Of a stretch of DNA of 64,000 nt, positions 20,184 through 28,634 are shown one piece after another. This stretch comes from an uncultured Planctomycetales bacterium. Its GTDB lineage: Bacteria; Omnitrophota; Gorgyraeia; Gygaellales; Profunditerraquicolaceae. The stretch covers positions 4,741-68,740 of the forward strand of contig CAYRUB010000002.1 in the NCBI GenBank assembly GCA_964427405.1, given 5' to 3'. The position numbers were made by a program, and so were the translations under genes. Positions within the stretch are counted from its first letter, which is position 1. Each line of letters opens with the position of its first letter. The notes beneath the pieces are model-generated. The model was not told where the DNA came from, made no database searches, and saw nothing but the letters and a program-made list of their open reading frames with translations.

Positions 20184-21187
20184 AAGAAGCTTTACTTTAC
20201 GCCCATTTGGAATCCAGGAAGGTGCATTGTCAGCTTTGCAGCCATGGCTGTATAATTCAAGAAGGAAAATTCGGTTTTTGCGGAGTAAGACAGAATATCA
20301 AGGGGATTTTATATACTCATAACTATGCCAAACTGGTTGCCGCTAACGTTGATCCGGTTGAAAAGAAACCGCTGTATCATTTTCTCCCCGGCAGCCTTGC
20401 TTTTTCTGTTGCCGGTGCGGGGTGTAATTTTCGTTGCGGCTTTTGCCAGAATTGGGAGATATCCCAGTTTAACCCCTCTAGTCAGCAGTTAGGAGAGGAT
20501 TTTAGCGCGGAGAAAGTTATCAGCTTAGCCAAACAGAATAACTGTAAAAGTATAGCTTATACTTACACTGAACCCACGGTTTATTTTGAGTTTGCTTTAG
20601 AAACAGCAAGGCTGGCAAAAGAAGCGGGTTTGTATAATATATTTGTAAGCAATGGTTATATGTCTGGCGAGGCTATCAACTTGCTTAAGCCTTATTTGGA
20701 TGCGGCTAACATTGATTTAAAGTTTTTTAAAGATAGTTCTTATCAAAAGATTTGCTCTGCCCATCTTCAGCCGGTGCTTGATTCAATCTTACGGCTAAAG
20801 GATGCCGGAATCTGGGTTGAGATTACTACCTTGGTGATTCCTGGCGAGAATGATTCCCCGGATGAGCTTTCCGGAATTGCCAACTTTATCGCTGGAGCAG
20901 GTAGAGATATCCCGTGGCATGTCTCCCGATTCCATGCGGATTATAAATTTGACGCTTATCAAGACACTCCGGAGCATACTCTTAAATTGGCTTGTAATTT
21001 AGGCAATGCCGCTGGGTTACGTTATATTTATGCCGGTAATGTTAGTTGGGGGCAGGATACCCTGTGTCCTGTATGCAAGAAAGTGCTTATAAAAAGGGAA
21101 GGGTTCGGGGTAAGCAAGTTGCATATAGCGAAAAACAGGTGCATTTTTTGCCAGGCAGATTTAGCCGGGATTTTTAACCCCGCTTAA
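20180..21187 (+). CDS. amrS: AmmeMemoRadiSam system radical SAM enzyme
   Basis: DPVEKKPLYHF, GCNFRCGFCQNWEISQ, YTYTEP. Confidence 0.9.
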   Translation: MKEALLYAHLESRKVHCQLCSHGCIIQEGKFGFCGVRQNIKGILYTHNYAKLVAANVDPVEKKPLYHFLPGSLAFSVAGAGCNFRCGFCQNWEISQFNPSSQQLGEDFSAEKVISLAKQNNCKSIAYTYTEPTVYFEFALETARLAKEAGLYNIFVSNGYMSGEAINLLKPYLDAANIDLKFFKDSSYQKICSAHLQPVLDSILRLKDAGIWVEITTLVIPGENDSPDELSGIANFIAGAGRDIPWHVSRFHADYKFDAYQDTPEHTLKLACNLGNAAGLRYIYAGNVSWGQDTLCPVCKKVLIKREGFGVSKLHIAKNRCIFCQADLAGIFNPA

Positions 21188-21222
21188 GCTCCGGATTAGT
21201 GCTTTAAGCCTTAAAAATGATA

Positions 21223-21251
21223 TTGACAACCATAGGGCTTAGGGGTAAACT
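21223..21251 (+). promoter_or_regulatory. Sigma70-type promoter of left arm of biosynthetic cluster
   Basis: TTGACA-N17-TAAACT. Confidence 0.7.
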
Positions 21252-21268
21252 AATTTAATTAAATCAAC

Positions 21269-21317
21269 TTACCTTAATATTGCCCCTGTTAGGCAGCAGG
21301 GGCAATATTTTACCTTA
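21269..21317. repeat. 13-bp perfect hairpin flanked by 8-bp direct repeats
   Basis: TTACCTTA (21269-21276 and 21310-21317) around AATATTGCCCCTG/CAGGGGCAATATT. Confidence 0.7.
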
Positions 21318-21320
21318 TAT

Positions 21321-21995
21321 ATGTTGGATAAAAATAATCAATTTAATCCTAAAAAGTGCATTGTATTTTTTGATTTTGATAATACTATCGCCACCTGCGA
21401 TGTGTTTGATAATATGCTTTTACTTTTCTCGCGGGATGACCGTTGGGTAGAATTAGAAAAAAGGTGGAAAAGCGGCAGGATTGGTTCAAAGACCTGCATG
21501 GAAGGTCAGCTCAGGGGGATGGATTTGGGCAAGAAGCCCCTGGATGCCTATCTGCCGAAGATAAAGCTCGACCCCTATTTTAAAACACTCTATAAATTTT
21601 TGCAATCCAAGAAAGTAAAAACCGTAGTCTTAAGTGATAACTTTGATTATATACTTAACCAGATTTTAAAAATTAACAAGGTAAAAAAACTTAAAGTTCT
21701 GGCTAATAAATTGAGTTTTTCCCGGGATAAAGTTATTACGGATTATCCTTTCAAAAATAAGGATTGCCAGATTTGCGCGCATTGCAAAACGAAAAATCTT
21801 TTGGCTTCTTCTCCGAAAGGAGCTACAATAATTTACGTTGGGGATGGTACTTCGGATATTTGCCCGGCCAAACATGCTCAGTTGGTTTTCGCAAAGGATA
21901 ATTTACTCAGGTATTTTAAAGATAATAAAATGGAGCACGTGGTTTTTCATAACTTAAAAGAAGTGTTTAACCAACTAAAAAGGAAATTAGCATGA
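21321..21995 (+). CDS. MtnX-like HAD-IB phosphatase
   Basis: FDFDNT, LSDNF, CQICAHCK, GDGTSD, VFAKD. Confidence 0.85.
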   Translation: MLDKNNQFNPKKCIVFFDFDNTIATCDVFDNMLLLFSRDDRWVELEKRWKSGRIGSKTCMEGQLRGMDLGKKPLDAYLPKIKLDPYFKTLYKFLQSKKVKTVVLSDNFDYILNQILKINKVKKLKVLANKLSFSRDKVITDYPFKNKDCQICAHCKTKNLLASSPKGATIIYVGDGTSDICPAKHAQLVFAKDNLLRYFKDNKMEHVVFHNLKEVFNQLKRKLA

Positions 21996-23407
21996 GCCAA
22001 AAGCAATTGACCAAACCGAGCAAGAATGAAAAAACTTTTACCCATGATCAGCTATTGGATTTGGAGGCAAAATACTGTTCCTGGGGAGACACTGTGCATT
22101 ATGCTGAGAAATTAAATGTATTTAAGAGTTCCGAGGGAAGCTATCTCTATGACCAGGAGGGCGTGGAATTCTTAGATTTGCAGATGTGGTATTCGGCAGC
22201 TAATTTTGGGTATAAGAACAAGCGCTTAAACGCCGCGTTAAAAAAACAAATTGATACCTTACCGCAGCTTGCCTGTCAGTATTTACATGAAGAAAAGATC
22301 TTGCTTGCCGCAAAATTGGCGCAGAAGAATGAGCGTACGTTTGAGGAAAAGGGCAGGATCCATTTTAATGTGGGAGGCTCGAGCGCTCTGGAGGATTCCT
22401 TAAAATTAATACGTAACCATTCCGGAAGAAGCCTGGTATTCGCTTTTATGGGAGGTTATCATGGCAGGACGCTAGCGGCATCAGCGATAACTTCAAGTTT
22501 TAGATACAGGGAAAGGTTCGGCCATTTCGGGGACAGGGCAATGTTTATCCCATACCCCTATTGTTTCAGGTGCCCGTATGATAAGAAAAAGGATTTTTGC
22601 GATTTATATTGCCTGAAGCAATTTGAGAAACTTTTTGAGACTGAATATCATTCAGTAGTGAATAAAAAGAACAATAAGTGTGAATTCGTTGCTTTTTATG
22701 CTGAAGCTATCCAGGGCACCGGTGGTTACATTATTCCTCCTCAGGAGTATTTCTCAGGGTTAAAAGAAATATTGGATCGTTATGGCATTCTTTTTATTGA
22801 TGATGAGATACAGATGGGCTTTTTCCGCACAGGTAAGTTCTGGGCGATTGAACATTTTAATATTACTCCTGATATTATTGTTTTTGGTAAAGCTTTAACT
22901 AACGGATTAAATCCTATTTCAGGAGTTTGGGCAAAAGAAAAACTTATTTCACCGGATGTTTTTCCCCCGGGCTCAACCCATGCGACATTCTCAAGTAATC
23001 CTTTGGGAACGGCAGTAGGCCTTGAGGTAATGAAATTGATAGAAGAGTCTGATTTTTCTACATCTGTGCCTAAGAAGGGGCAGTATTTTATCTCGCGACT
23101 TAAAAAACTGCAGAAGAAATACCCGCAGATAGGTGATGTGGATGGGGTTGGCTTGGCTTTAAGAATAGAGATGTGCGAGAAAGACGGTTATACTCCAAAT
23201 AAAGAGTTGACTGATAAGATTGTAAACTTAGGGTTAAGCGGGTCTTTAAATGTAGATGGAAAACAGCGCGGCTTGATTCTGGATGTCGGCGGTTATTATA
23301 AGAATGTTTTTACTATTGCCCCCTCATTCTATATTACTGAAAAAGAGATCGACCTGGGAATAGAGCTTTTTGAAGAGGCGTTAAATAAGGCGTTGAAGAA
23401 ATCGTAA
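21992..23407 (+). CDS. Class III PLP aminotransferase
   Basis: GGYHGRT, EAIQGTGG, DDEIQMGFFRTG, DIIVFGKAL. Confidence 0.92.
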   Translation: MSQKQLTKPSKNEKTFTHDQLLDLEAKYCSWGDTVHYAEKLNVFKSSEGSYLYDQEGVEFLDLQMWYSAANFGYKNKRLNAALKKQIDTLPQLACQYLHEEKILLAAKLAQKNERTFEEKGRIHFNVGGSSALEDSLKLIRNHSGRSLVFAFMGGYHGRTLAASAITSSFRYRERFGHFGDRAMFIPYPYCFRCPYDKKKDFCDLYCLKQFEKLFETEYHSVVNKKNNKCEFVAFYAEAIQGTGGYIIPPQEYFSGLKEILDRYGILFIDDEIQMGFFRTGKFWAIEHFNITPDIIVFGKALTNGLNPISGVWAKEKLISPDVFPPGSTHATFSSNPLGTAVGLEVMKLIEESDFSTSVPKKGQYFISRLKKLQKKYPQIGDVDGVGLALRIEMCEKDGYTPNKELTDKIVNLGLSGSLNVDGKQRGLILDVGGYYKNVFTIAPSFYITEKEIDLGIELFEEALNKALKKS

Positions 23408-23449
23408 TCTTTAGCTTCTCGTTTAAAAAGCAGGAGCTAAATTTCCTGC

Positions 23450-24379
23450 ATGCTGAATAAAGCTATCCGTATTTTAAATTTTGATAACAGCATTATCCCG
23501 CAGTCTAAACTTCTTTGCCAGTATACGGCAAAGGTGCTTGATTTTACCGGCCTGGCTTCTTCCGCCAGGCTTTTTATGTCAGGGAGAGTACGTCAACAAA
23601 TAGCGGATTGCCTTAATCCCCAAGAGAAAAATTATCCTACCTTCTTAGGTTCGGGAGATTTCCATCATATCAGCGAAACATTAACAGCCCAGATTAATGA
23701 ACCAGCCTGTTTGGTTGTATTTGATTTTCATCCGGATTGGGATATTCTGCCTCCGCGTTTTGGTTGTGGATCATGGGTTAGCCAGGCCCTGAAAAATAAG
23801 AATATTCTTAAATGCGTACTTATCGGCATGGGGTCTGACGATTTATCTGGTCTTGCATTGCAAACAGGTAATTTGGCTGCCTTAGCTGATAACCGCCTGG
23901 AAATTTATCCTTTCAGGCATAAGCCCAGCCGGGTTTATTTCAGGCCCGTAGCAGAAAATAACTCCATTGTTACCAAAAAAGGTTTTTTTTCAAACAGAAT
24001 TATATGGCATGAGTTGGAAAGGGAAGATTTAGCTGAATTTACCTTAAGGCTAATCAAGCGTTTGCCCACGCAGAAGGTTTATATCTCAATAGATAAGGAT
24101 TGCCTTAAAAGCGATTATGCGCTTACTAATTGGGAAGAGGGGGTTTTGCGCTTGGATCAACTTCTAGTCATGATTAAACTTATGCGCGATAATTTGGATA
24201 TAATCGGTTTAGATATAACGGGAGATTATTCAGCTCCGCTAATTCCGGGCAGACTAAAAGCTATGCTTTCCAGGCTTGATCATCCTAAGGGGGTTGCAGC
24301 AGATAACCGCACCAAGGAGTTAATCCTTAAGGTTAACGAACAGACTAATCTAAAAATCCTCCAAGAAATATTTCCTTAA
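23450..24379 (+). CDS. Arginase/ureohydrolase-fold protein
   Basis: GSGDFHH, FDFHPD, YISIDKD metal-ligand patterns. Confidence 0.75.
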   Translation: MLNKAIRILNFDNSIIPQSKLLCQYTAKVLDFTGLASSARLFMSGRVRQQIADCLNPQEKNYPTFLGSGDFHHISETLTAQINEPACLVVFDFHPDWDILPPRFGCGSWVSQALKNKNILKCVLIGMGSDDLSGLALQTGNLAALADNRLEIYPFRHKPSRVYFRPVAENNSIVTKKGFFSNRIIWHELEREDLAEFTLRLIKRLPTQKVYISIDKDCLKSDYALTNWEEGVLRLDQLLVMIKLMRDNLDIIGLDITGDYSAPLIPGRLKAMLSRLDHPKGVAADNRTKELILKVNEQTNLKILQEIFP

Positions 24380-25239
24380 ACTTTGTATTTCTCAAAAAAG
24401 GCTACGGTTTTTTCGGCAACTTTATCTCTCTCTTGGTCTGCAGTAATAATGTGGTAGGAATTCTCCAGGAAGATTATTTCTTTTTCCCGGGAACTGATGC
24501 GGTTATAAATACAATAGGAATTTTTTGGGCTGGTTACATCATCTTCTCTTGCCTGCAATAGCTGTATTGGCGTTCGTATATCTTTAAGTATAGAAATTAC
24601 TTTTCTTGCCAAAAGTGAATTTTGGTACATACAGGATACCGGAATTACCGGATAGCCGTAAAGATGCACCTTGCTGTAATCAAACAAGTCAGCGTCCTTA
24701 TAGAAACTTTCAACTTTAGAACGCAGGCGCTCATTTTTCAGTCCGTAAGGGTATTCTTCTTTAAAATACAGCCAGTATTTAAAGGGAGTTTTGTAAACTA
24801 AGGGAAGGAAAATTCTGGATTTGGGATTACCCCAGCCATCGTAGAATAATGTAGGGGAGAAACAGTTTAGCGCCTTTACTTTATCAGGAAATTCATGCGT
24901 GAGCAATATCCCGATTAAAGCGCCGAAAGACAAGCCCGCCACAAAGATATTTTCGTAATCATTCGCATATTTAACAAATTCATTACGTATAGAATTATAA
25001 AGCTCGACCCAGGTAGTTCTTTTAAGGCAGGAGATGGATTTATCATGGTTGACCATTAACGGGCTGGCTACGGAGAATCCTTGTTTATTTAAACGCTGGG
25101 CAATAGAGCCCATCTCTTTAGGCGTGCCGGTTAGTCCGTGTATTAAGAAGCACAGGTTTTTATCTCCCGGTAGAAAAAAGCTGGTGTCCGGGATATCGGT
25201 GATTAAACGCTTGTCTTCTTTAGTTGAAAAAATTATCAT
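24376..25239 (-). CDS. Alpha/beta hydrolase (carboxylesterase-like)
   Basis: HGLTG, GLSFG (GxSxG), EDD, SYH. Confidence 0.88.
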   Translation of the reverse strand: MIIFSTKEDKRLITDIPDTSFFLPGDKNLCFLIHGLTGTPKEMGSIAQRLNKQGFSVASPLMVNHDKSISCLKRTTWVELYNSIRNEFVKYANDYENIFVAGLSFGALIGILLTHEFPDKVKALNCFSPTLFYDGWGNPKSRIFLPLVYKTPFKYWLYFKEEYPYGLKNERLRSKVESFYKDADLFDYSKVHLYGYPVIPVSCMYQNSLLARKVISILKDIRTPIQLLQAREDDVTSPKNSYCIYNRISSREKEIIFLENSYHIITADQERDKVAEKTVAFFEKYKV

Positions 25240-25276
25240 ATTATCCTTTACATTTTTTTCGGCAGGAGAAAGAGGG

Positions 25277-26509
25277 TTATCTTCCGTGCGTGATTTCTTT
25301 AAGTTTACTGGTTATCTTCTCTAAATCGGATTTTGTTAAAAATCCGCTTGTGGTTAAGGTGATGGTTCTTTGTGCAAGGCTCCTGGCTTGTTCGCAAGCT
25401 ATCTCAGGGATAATACCCTTTAAATAATCGTAATCCGTAATTGCATGCAAATACACTTGAGATACCCCCAGCCCGGAATTCTTAAAAATATTTAGGGCAG
25501 AGGTCCTTTTTTCTGGTTTATCAAAAACAAGAGTAAGGTAAGGATAGCTTGCTTTTGTCTGCGATAGTTCCGTAATAGGTTTGATCCCGGAAAGATCTTT
25601 GAGTGCCTTTAAATAATAATCCGTTTTTTCCCTTTGTCCAGCCATTTCTTTGCTTAAGAGAGGAAAGTTAAGATGTCCTATATATTCCCTAAAAACAGAA
25701 ACCTTATGTACCGGGAAATCAGGTGTAAAATATTCCCCCATTGCTTTTATGGGATTATTGCGCATCTGCCAGAATATCTGCGGTAATCTAAAGGCAAACC
25801 AAAATAAAGCCGGCTGGTAGAAAATACTATAAGCAAACAACTCCGCTATTTTTAAATACTCGGAGAAAGTATCCTGATGCAGGATTTCTTTCGCGGTGTC
25901 CTCTAGCAGTTGGGCATATTTTGCTTGGTTGGTTATTGCTAAACCGCCTTCATAAATAGTCAGGCCTTTTCCCCGGCAGAGGCTGAAAAAGGAAAAATCT
26001 CCGATTGAGCCTGTTTTTCTGCCTTTGTATTCAGCTCCCAGGCTTTGCGCGCAATCTTCAATAATAAAAATATTATTTTCCCTGGTTATTTTCTCGATGT
26101 TTTCCAGTTCTAAGGGTATTCCTGCCAGGTGTACGGCGAGTACCGCCAAGATGTTTTTATCTTCAGCGCAGATTTTGCGTAATTTATTTATATCGAAATC
26201 AAAGTTATGCGTATTTATGTCGCAAGGAATTATCTTTAGGCCAGCTTTTTTTATTGCTAAGGGGATCAGGGGGCAAACAAAAGCAGGAATGATTACTGTT
26301 TTTCTGCCGGAGAGTTTCTTTATGCTCTCCAGTATCAGGTAAAATGCGGCGGTTCCGGAATAAGTAAGCAGGGCAGAAGGAGCGTTTAAATATCTTTTAA
26401 AGTCTTCTTCCAGCAACCCTTTAGGCAGTCTTTTAAAAAGAGGGGGGAGTAAACTTTTAGTTTTAATCGGCCAGCCTGCGGTTGGCGGGATTTCTCTGTA
26501 TAGGCTCAA
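25277..26509 (-). CDS. DegT/DnrJ/EryC1/StrS family PLP enzyme
   Basis: SGTAA, IPAFVC, IEDCAQSLG, FFSLCRGKGLTIYEGG. Confidence 0.85.
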   Translation of the reverse strand: MSLYREIPPTAGWPIKTKSLLPPLFKRLPKGLLEEDFKRYLNAPSALLTYSGTAAFYLILESIKKLSGRKTVIIPAFVCPLIPLAIKKAGLKIIPCDINTHNFDFDINKLRKICAEDKNILAVLAVHLAGIPLELENIEKITRENNIFIIEDCAQSLGAEYKGRKTGSIGDFSFFSLCRGKGLTIYEGGLAITNQAKYAQLLEDTAKEILHQDTFSEYLKIAELFAYSIFYQPALFWFAFRLPQIFWQMRNNPIKAMGEYFTPDFPVHKVSVFREYIGHLNFPLLSKEMAGQREKTDYYLKALKDLSGIKPITELSQTKASYPYLTLVFDKPEKRTSALNIFKNSGLGVSQVYLHAITDYDYLKGIIPEIACEQARSLAQRTITLTTSGFLTKSDLEKITSKLKEITHGR

Positions 26510-26536
26510 ATTTAAATTCCTTTTTTCTCACACACT

Positions 26537-26561
26537 TGTCTATTCTATGCTAAAATAGACA
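26537..26561. promoter_or_regulatory. Operator-like palindrome over divergent -10 boxes
   Basis: TGTCTATT-N9-AATAGACA overlapping TGcTAAAAT (+) and TAGAAT (-). Confidence 0.5.
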
Positions 26562-26593
26562 GAAATTCAAGATAACTCTCGGGAATTTTAAAT

Positions 26594-26686
26594 TAACCTA
26601 TGGCTTTGCCTATCGGAGGGCAAACCATAGTTTTCTAACTTATGGCTTTGCTTAATGGAAGGCAAACCATGATTCTCTAATCTATG
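26594..26686 (+). repeat. Tandem 42-bp palindromic repeat, 2 units plus a partial unit
   Basis: TAACCTATGGCTTTGCCTATCGGAGGGCAAACCATAGTTTTC / TAACTTATGGCTTTGCTTAATGGAAGGCAAACCATGATTCTC / TAATCTATG. Confidence 0.85.
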
Positions 26687-27805
26687 CCAAAGATTACCTA
26701 TAAGATATACGACAGTATTAATAAGATTGATCAAAAAGACTGGGATGCTGTTTTCGGTGATATCCCGGAGAGCTATACATTTTATAAGGCCCTGGGTAAT
26801 TCTGACCTCGTTGAATTTGTTTTTTATTACCTGGTTATTTATCGCGATAATGAAATTGTGCTTATCGCTCCATTGTTTAGCGCGGATTTTAACTTAGACA
26901 TCGCCGTTGAGGGCTTACTTTTAAGGATTATTAAATTAATCCGCAAGGTCTTCCCGCGCTTTTTGATCCTTAAAACATTATTCTGCGGTTCGCCTTTTGG
27001 GGAACATGGAGTCTTGGGGATCAAAGAGGATTTTCGTCTTAACCCTGAACTTATCCCGCAGCTTTTAACAGGCATAAAAGATTTAGCGTTTAAGCTCGGG
27101 GCCCCTCTGACTATCTTTAAAGACTTCTTAAGAGGTAGTACGTTATTACTGGATCTCTTGAGGCACAAAGGATTTACTAAGGTAGAAAGTTTTCCCACTG
27201 TACTTTTAGACCTAAATTTTTCTTCTTTTGAAGAATATCTAAAAAGCTTAGGCGGTTCAACCCGTAAGAGTTTAAACAAGAAGCTAAGGCAGGCCTATGC
27301 CCGGGGTAACATTGAGGTTAAGCTAGTTCAGGATGTCAGCAGCCAGATTGATCAGATAATTAAACTTTATGAAAGTACTTACCATAGCGGCTCGACCAAA
27401 TTCGAACGACTTACTAAGAAGTTCTTTTTGCAGGTGTCAGATGACCTGTATGCGCACACGCGTTTCTTCCTTTATTATGTAGATGGCTCCTTGGCTGCTT
27501 TTAACCTTTGTTTTATCTATAAAGATTTACTCATTGATAAATTTATTGGTTTCAATTATGATATATCCAACCGATATAATCTGTATTTCGTCAGCTGGGC
27601 GTATAATATCAAGTGGTGTATAGATAATTCTTTGCGCTATTATCATCCGGGGCAGACGGATTATGAGCCGAAGATCAGGCTGGGCGGAAAAATTATTCCG
27701 CTTTACGCTTATTTAAAACATAAAAATATCTTTTTTAACCTCCTGCTTAAATTATTGGCGCTGTTGCTAAAACCCGATAATTTTGATAAGGATATTAGGA
27801 AGTAG
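26684..27805 (+). CDS. GNAT/FemAB-like acyl- or aminoacyl-transferase
   Basis: LFCGSPF, FEEYLKSL...RK, GQTDYEPKIRLG double-GNAT-like pattern. Confidence 0.75.
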   Translation: MPKITYKIYDSINKIDQKDWDAVFGDIPESYTFYKALGNSDLVEFVFYYLVIYRDNEIVLIAPLFSADFNLDIAVEGLLLRIIKLIRKVFPRFLILKTLFCGSPFGEHGVLGIKEDFRLNPELIPQLLTGIKDLAFKLGAPLTIFKDFLRGSTLLLDLLRHKGFTKVESFPTVLLDLNFSSFEEYLKSLGGSTRKSLNKKLRQAYARGNIEVKLVQDVSSQIDQIIKLYESTYHSGSTKFERLTKKFFLQVSDDLYAHTRFFLYYVDGSLAAFNLCFIYKDLLIDKFIGFNYDISNRYNLYFVSWAYNIKWCIDNSLRYYHPGQTDYEPKIRLGGKIIPLYAYLKHKNIFFNLLLKLLALLLKPDNFDKDIRK

Positions 27806-27810
27806 GGTTC

Positions 27811-28227
27811 ATGTTTAAAAAGAAGGTCACGCTAAAAATATTGCTATTGCTTATTACCAGCGACATACTGGAAACAGCAATACATTTCTTTTTTAAGAAA
27901 GGTGCTTTAGCCGAAGCTCAATTTTCGGTAGTTGATATGCCTAGTGCGCTAGTTTTTCTTAAAGCGGTCTTCTCTTCGCCATTTTTATGGGCCGGGTTGT
28001 TAACGGTGGTTGCGGTATTTGTCATCTGGTCTACAATCCTTTCTAAAATAGACTTAAGCGTAGCCGTGCCTATTGCCAGTTTTAGCTATATCCTTGTTCC
28101 GGTGGTCTCGGTTATTTTTCTACATGAACAGATCTCCGCTTTAAGATGGATGGGGATATTGCTTATTCTTGCGGGAGTTATCCTTGTTTCTTTAAGTAGC
28201 AAAGAAAGGATCGCGCAGAGCAAATGA
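27811..28227 (+). CDS. SMR/EamA-type small transporter (ArnE/ArnF-like)
   Basis: 4 TM; LSKIDLSVAVP, FLHEQIS..RWMG. Confidence 0.85.
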   Translation: MFKKKVTLKILLLLITSDILETAIHFFFKKGALAEAQFSVVDMPSALVFLKAVFSSPFLWAGLLTVVAVFVIWSTILSKIDLSVAVPIASFSYILVPVVSVIFLHEQISALRWMGILLILAGVILVSLSSKERIAQSK

Positions 28228-28607
28228 GAGAAGGGCTGCTGATTACTCTTTTTATGATTTCCTTAACCAGCCTTTGCGATACCATAAACCAGCTGTTTTT
28301 GAAGTCGGCGATAGACTCTTTGAATTTTGGGGGGAAATTCAATTTTGTCAGGATATTTAAATTTATCTTCCAGCTATTGATTAAGCCCCGAATTTGGCTG
28401 AGCTTTGTATTTAGCGTAATATCATTATGTATTTGGCTGCTCGTACTTTCCAGGGCGGATCTTAACTTTGCTTTTTCTGCCGACAGCATGCATTATATCT
28501 TCATTGCCCTGGCATCCAGGTTTATTTTAAAAGAGAGGTTTACTTCTCTGCGCTGGTTGGGCACCGGGTTAATCGTTACGGGAATTGTTTTTGTAAGTTT
28601 AAGCTAG
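28224..28607 (+). CDS. SMR/EamA-type small transporter (ArnE/ArnF-like), second subunit
   Basis: 4 TM; LSRADLNFAF, LKERFTSLRWLG; ATGA overlap with previous gene. Confidence 0.85.
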   Translation: MREGLLITLFMISLTSLCDTINQLFLKSAIDSLNFGGKFNFVRIFKFIFQLLIKPRIWLSFVFSVISLCIWLLVLSRADLNFAFSADSMHYIFIALASRFILKERFTSLRWLGTGLIVTGIVFVSLS

Positions 28608-28634
28608 AGTCAACAAGAGGCTTAGAGGTTAAGT

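Noticed and set aside
21321-21995. Assignment as mtnX (methionine salvage)
   Set aside because: No other mtn genes nearby; context points to a different pathway.
26594-26686. Possible mini-CRISPR array
   Set aside because: Units are contiguous tandem copies without unique spacers; no cas genes. The same holds for 52401-52489.
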